Assembly (NCBI GenBank): GCA_043815135.1
Contig: JBDRJJ010000077.1
Span: 1-13,842 of the forward strand
Reading direction: 5' to 3'
From: Candidatus Micrarchaeota archaeon
GTDB lineage: Archaea > Micrarchaeota > Micrarchaeia > Burarchaeales > JAKAKT01
DNA: 13,842 bases
Part shown: positions 12,357 through 13,842 of the stretch, in pieces
How the letters are laid out: every line of letters begins with the position of its first letter
Numbering within the stretch: position 1 is the first letter of the stretch
Made by a program: the position numbers and the translations under genes
Notes under the pieces: generated by a model
Told to the model about the DNA's origin: nothing
Database searches by the model: none
The model's input: only the letters and a program-made list of their open reading frames with translations

Positions 12357-13217
12357 ATGTCGTTCTTCTATGTATTGCTCGCTGCAATCGTCCTGAGCAT
12401 TCTTTCAAGGACGATACTTGTCCTAGACCAGTACGAGCGCGCGGTCAGGTATAGGCTAGGCAAGTTTCTCGATGTTCTTGGCCCGGGAGTCACAATAATA
12501 TGGCCTGGGCTGGATGCGGTCGAGGTCGTGGACATGCGGGTGAAGACCCTCGACATACCCGAGCAGAAGGTCATAACAAAGGACAATGCAGTGATAATGA
12601 TAGATGCATTCCTGTACTACGTGCCGGTGAGGCCGGACCTTCTCATCCTAAAAGTAAAGGACTTCGAGTATGCGATAGTCCAGCTCGCCCAGACTACACT
12701 CAGAAGCATCGTTGGAGAGCACACCTTCGACCAAGCAATATCGAACAGGGAGCAGGTGAACTTAGAGATTATGGACAAGCTTGACGATGTGGTCGAGAGA
12801 TGGGGCGCCAAGCTTATTGCCATAGAGATACGGGAGCTCCTTCCAGCTTCGAGGAAACTCACGTTCGCAATGAACGTCCAAGTAGCTGGGGAAAGAAAAA
12901 GGCGCGCGGCAGTCCTTGAGGCAGAGGGGTTCAAGACTGCAGCTATTCTGAACGCCGAGGGAGACAGGGACCAGGCCTGCATAGAGGCAGAAGGCACTAG
13001 GCAGGCGATGATAATACTGGCAAACGGCGAGGCGGAGGCGCTGAAGAGGGTGGCTGTCCAAGCTTCCGAGAGCATAACCGGGCCTGCGATGACGCTCTGG
13101 CAGTTGGGGATGGTCGAGGAGCTAGGCAAAAACAAGGACTCGACCCTCTTGATGCCGTATAACATTAAGAGTTTAACAAAGGCTTTCCGAGGAATCGAAG
13201 GAAAGCGGGGGGATTGA
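12357..13217 (+). CDS. SPFH/band 7 (stomatin/prohibitin-like) protein, divergent paralog
   Basis: N-terminal TM helix, then YERAVRYRLGKF..GPG, ITKDNA, LAQTTLRSIVGE and a C-terminal AVLEAEG..AILNAEG repeat-helix region. It starts 4 nt after the NfeD stop. Confidence 0.85.
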   Translation: MSFFYVLLAAIVLSILSRTILVLDQYERAVRYRLGKFLDVLGPGVTIIWPGLDAVEVVDMRVKTLDIPEQKVITKDNAVIMIDAFLYYVPVRPDLLILKVKDFEYAIVQLAQTTLRSIVGEHTFDQAISNREQVNLEIMDKLDDVVERWGAKLIAIEIRELLPASRKLTFAMNVQVAGERKRRAAVLEAEGFKTAAILNAEGDRDQACIEAEGTRQAMIILANGEAEALKRVAVQASESITGPAMTLWQLGMVEELGKNKDSTLLMPYNIKSLTKAFRGIEGKRGD

Positions 13218-13218
13218 A

Positions 13219-13842
13219 ATGGCTGACGTGACAGTGTGGGTTTTTGTTTTGTCGATAGTGCTTGGAGTAGTAGCACTTCTACTGGCCCTTTCGGCTATAA
13301 AGATTTTCAAGGAATACGAACGGGGGGTCAAGTTCACCCTGGGGAAATTCACCGGAGTGATAGGCCCTGGTTTCACCATCATAATACCCGTAATAGAAAA
13401 GGCAGTAATGGTCGATTTGCGTACGAAGACTCTCGAGGTCCCGAGACAGGACGTCATCACGAAGGATAATGCGACAGTCGGAGTCGACGCAGTAATATAC
13501 TACAAGGTCACTGACCCGGCGAAAGTCGTTCTCACTGTCGAGGACTTCGCATATGCAACAGTACGGCTCGCCCAGACGACTCTGAGGAGCATCATCGGCG
13601 ACATGATTCTCGATGATGTGCTCAGCAAGAGGGAGGTCATAAACACAAAGCTTCGGACAACCCTCGATGAGGCGACCGACAAATGGGGAGTGAAAGCAGA
13701 AGCAGTCGAGATAAAGGAAGTCGAGCCTCCCACTGCAATACAGGATGCGATGACAAAGCAGATGGCAGCAGAGAGAACCAAGAGGGCAACTATTCTCGAG
13801 GCAGAGGGAAGCAAGCAGGCAAAGATTCTGCAGGCAGAAGGG
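13219..13842 (+). CDS. SPFH/band 7 stomatin-like protein, canonical paralog (3' partial; runs off the window)
   Basis: Not in the ORF track because no stop is reached. My own translation from the ATG at 13219 gives MADVTVWVFVLSIVLGVVALLLALSAIKIFKEYERGVKFTLGKFTGVIGPGFTIIIP...ITKDNATV...LAQTTLRSIIGD...EIKEVEPPTAIQDAMTKQMAAERTKRATILEAEG, and the frame is open to 13842. It starts 1 nt after the previous stop. Confidence 0.85.
   Translation, partial: MADVTVWVFVLSIVLGVVALLLALSAIKIFKEYERGVKFTLGKFTGVIGPGFTIIIPVIEKAVMVDLRTKTLEVPRQDVITKDNATVGVDAVIYYKVTDPAKVVLTVEDFAYATVRLAQTTLRSIIGDMILDDVLSKREVINTKLRTTLDEATDKWGVKAEAVEIKEVEPPTAIQDAMTKQMAAERTKRATILEAEGSKQAKILQAEG

Noticed and set aside
12617-13276. 219-aa minus-strand ORF
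   Set aside because: It lies antisense to the SPFH paralogs and is Ser/Ala/Leu-rich shadow-frame translation.
1-13842. Search for CRISPR repeats, IS or transposase ends, integrase genes, and long direct or inverted repeats
   Set aside because: By eye I saw no periodic repeat array, no terminal inverted repeats and no recombinase-like ORFs. A computational self-dotplot would be needed to exclude short dispersed repeats.

Overview
Gene-dense (about 90% coding) window that looks archaeal. Evidence: GGTG-type Shine-Dalgarno motifs, A/T-rich TATA-like boxes 20-50 nt upstream of starts, oligo-T terminators, a PAC2 proteasome-assembly chaperone, ArlF/ArlG-like proteins and a group 3b [NiFe]-hydrogenase. 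I saw no rRNA, tRNA, CRISPR array or transposase or integrase. Left to right: a possible divergent gene stub; a small secreted 8-Cys protein; PAC2 chaperone (-). Next is a plus-strand operon (1426-3347) with a TM+coiled-coil protein, a TM+coiled-coil::prepilin chimera and two further Q(+1) (QxSxE, DUF361-type) pilin-like genes. It converges head-on, with a 1-nt spacer, on a minus-strand set (6177-3349): an acidic hypothetical protein, a MinD/FlhG-type deviant-Walker-A ATPase, an ArlF/G-like protein carrying a ~175-aa inserted beta-rich module, and a short ArlF/G-like protein. Then comes a complete four-subunit sulfhydrogenase-type (group 3b) operon in beta-gamma-delta-alpha order, with a tightly coupled PEBP/YbhB lipoprotein downstream. 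It is followed by a convergent hydrogenase maturation endopeptidase co-oriented with an unknown 5-TM protein. The window ends with an NfeD plus two tandem SPFH/stomatin genes, the last running off the right edge. The most interesting part is the 1.4-6.2 kb locus. It mixes pilin-type substrates with archaellum-stator-type proteins, coiled-coil membrane anchors and a MinD-type ATPase, but has no assembly ATPase, platform protein or prepilin peptidase in view. All family assignments come from motif recognition by eye; no searches were run.
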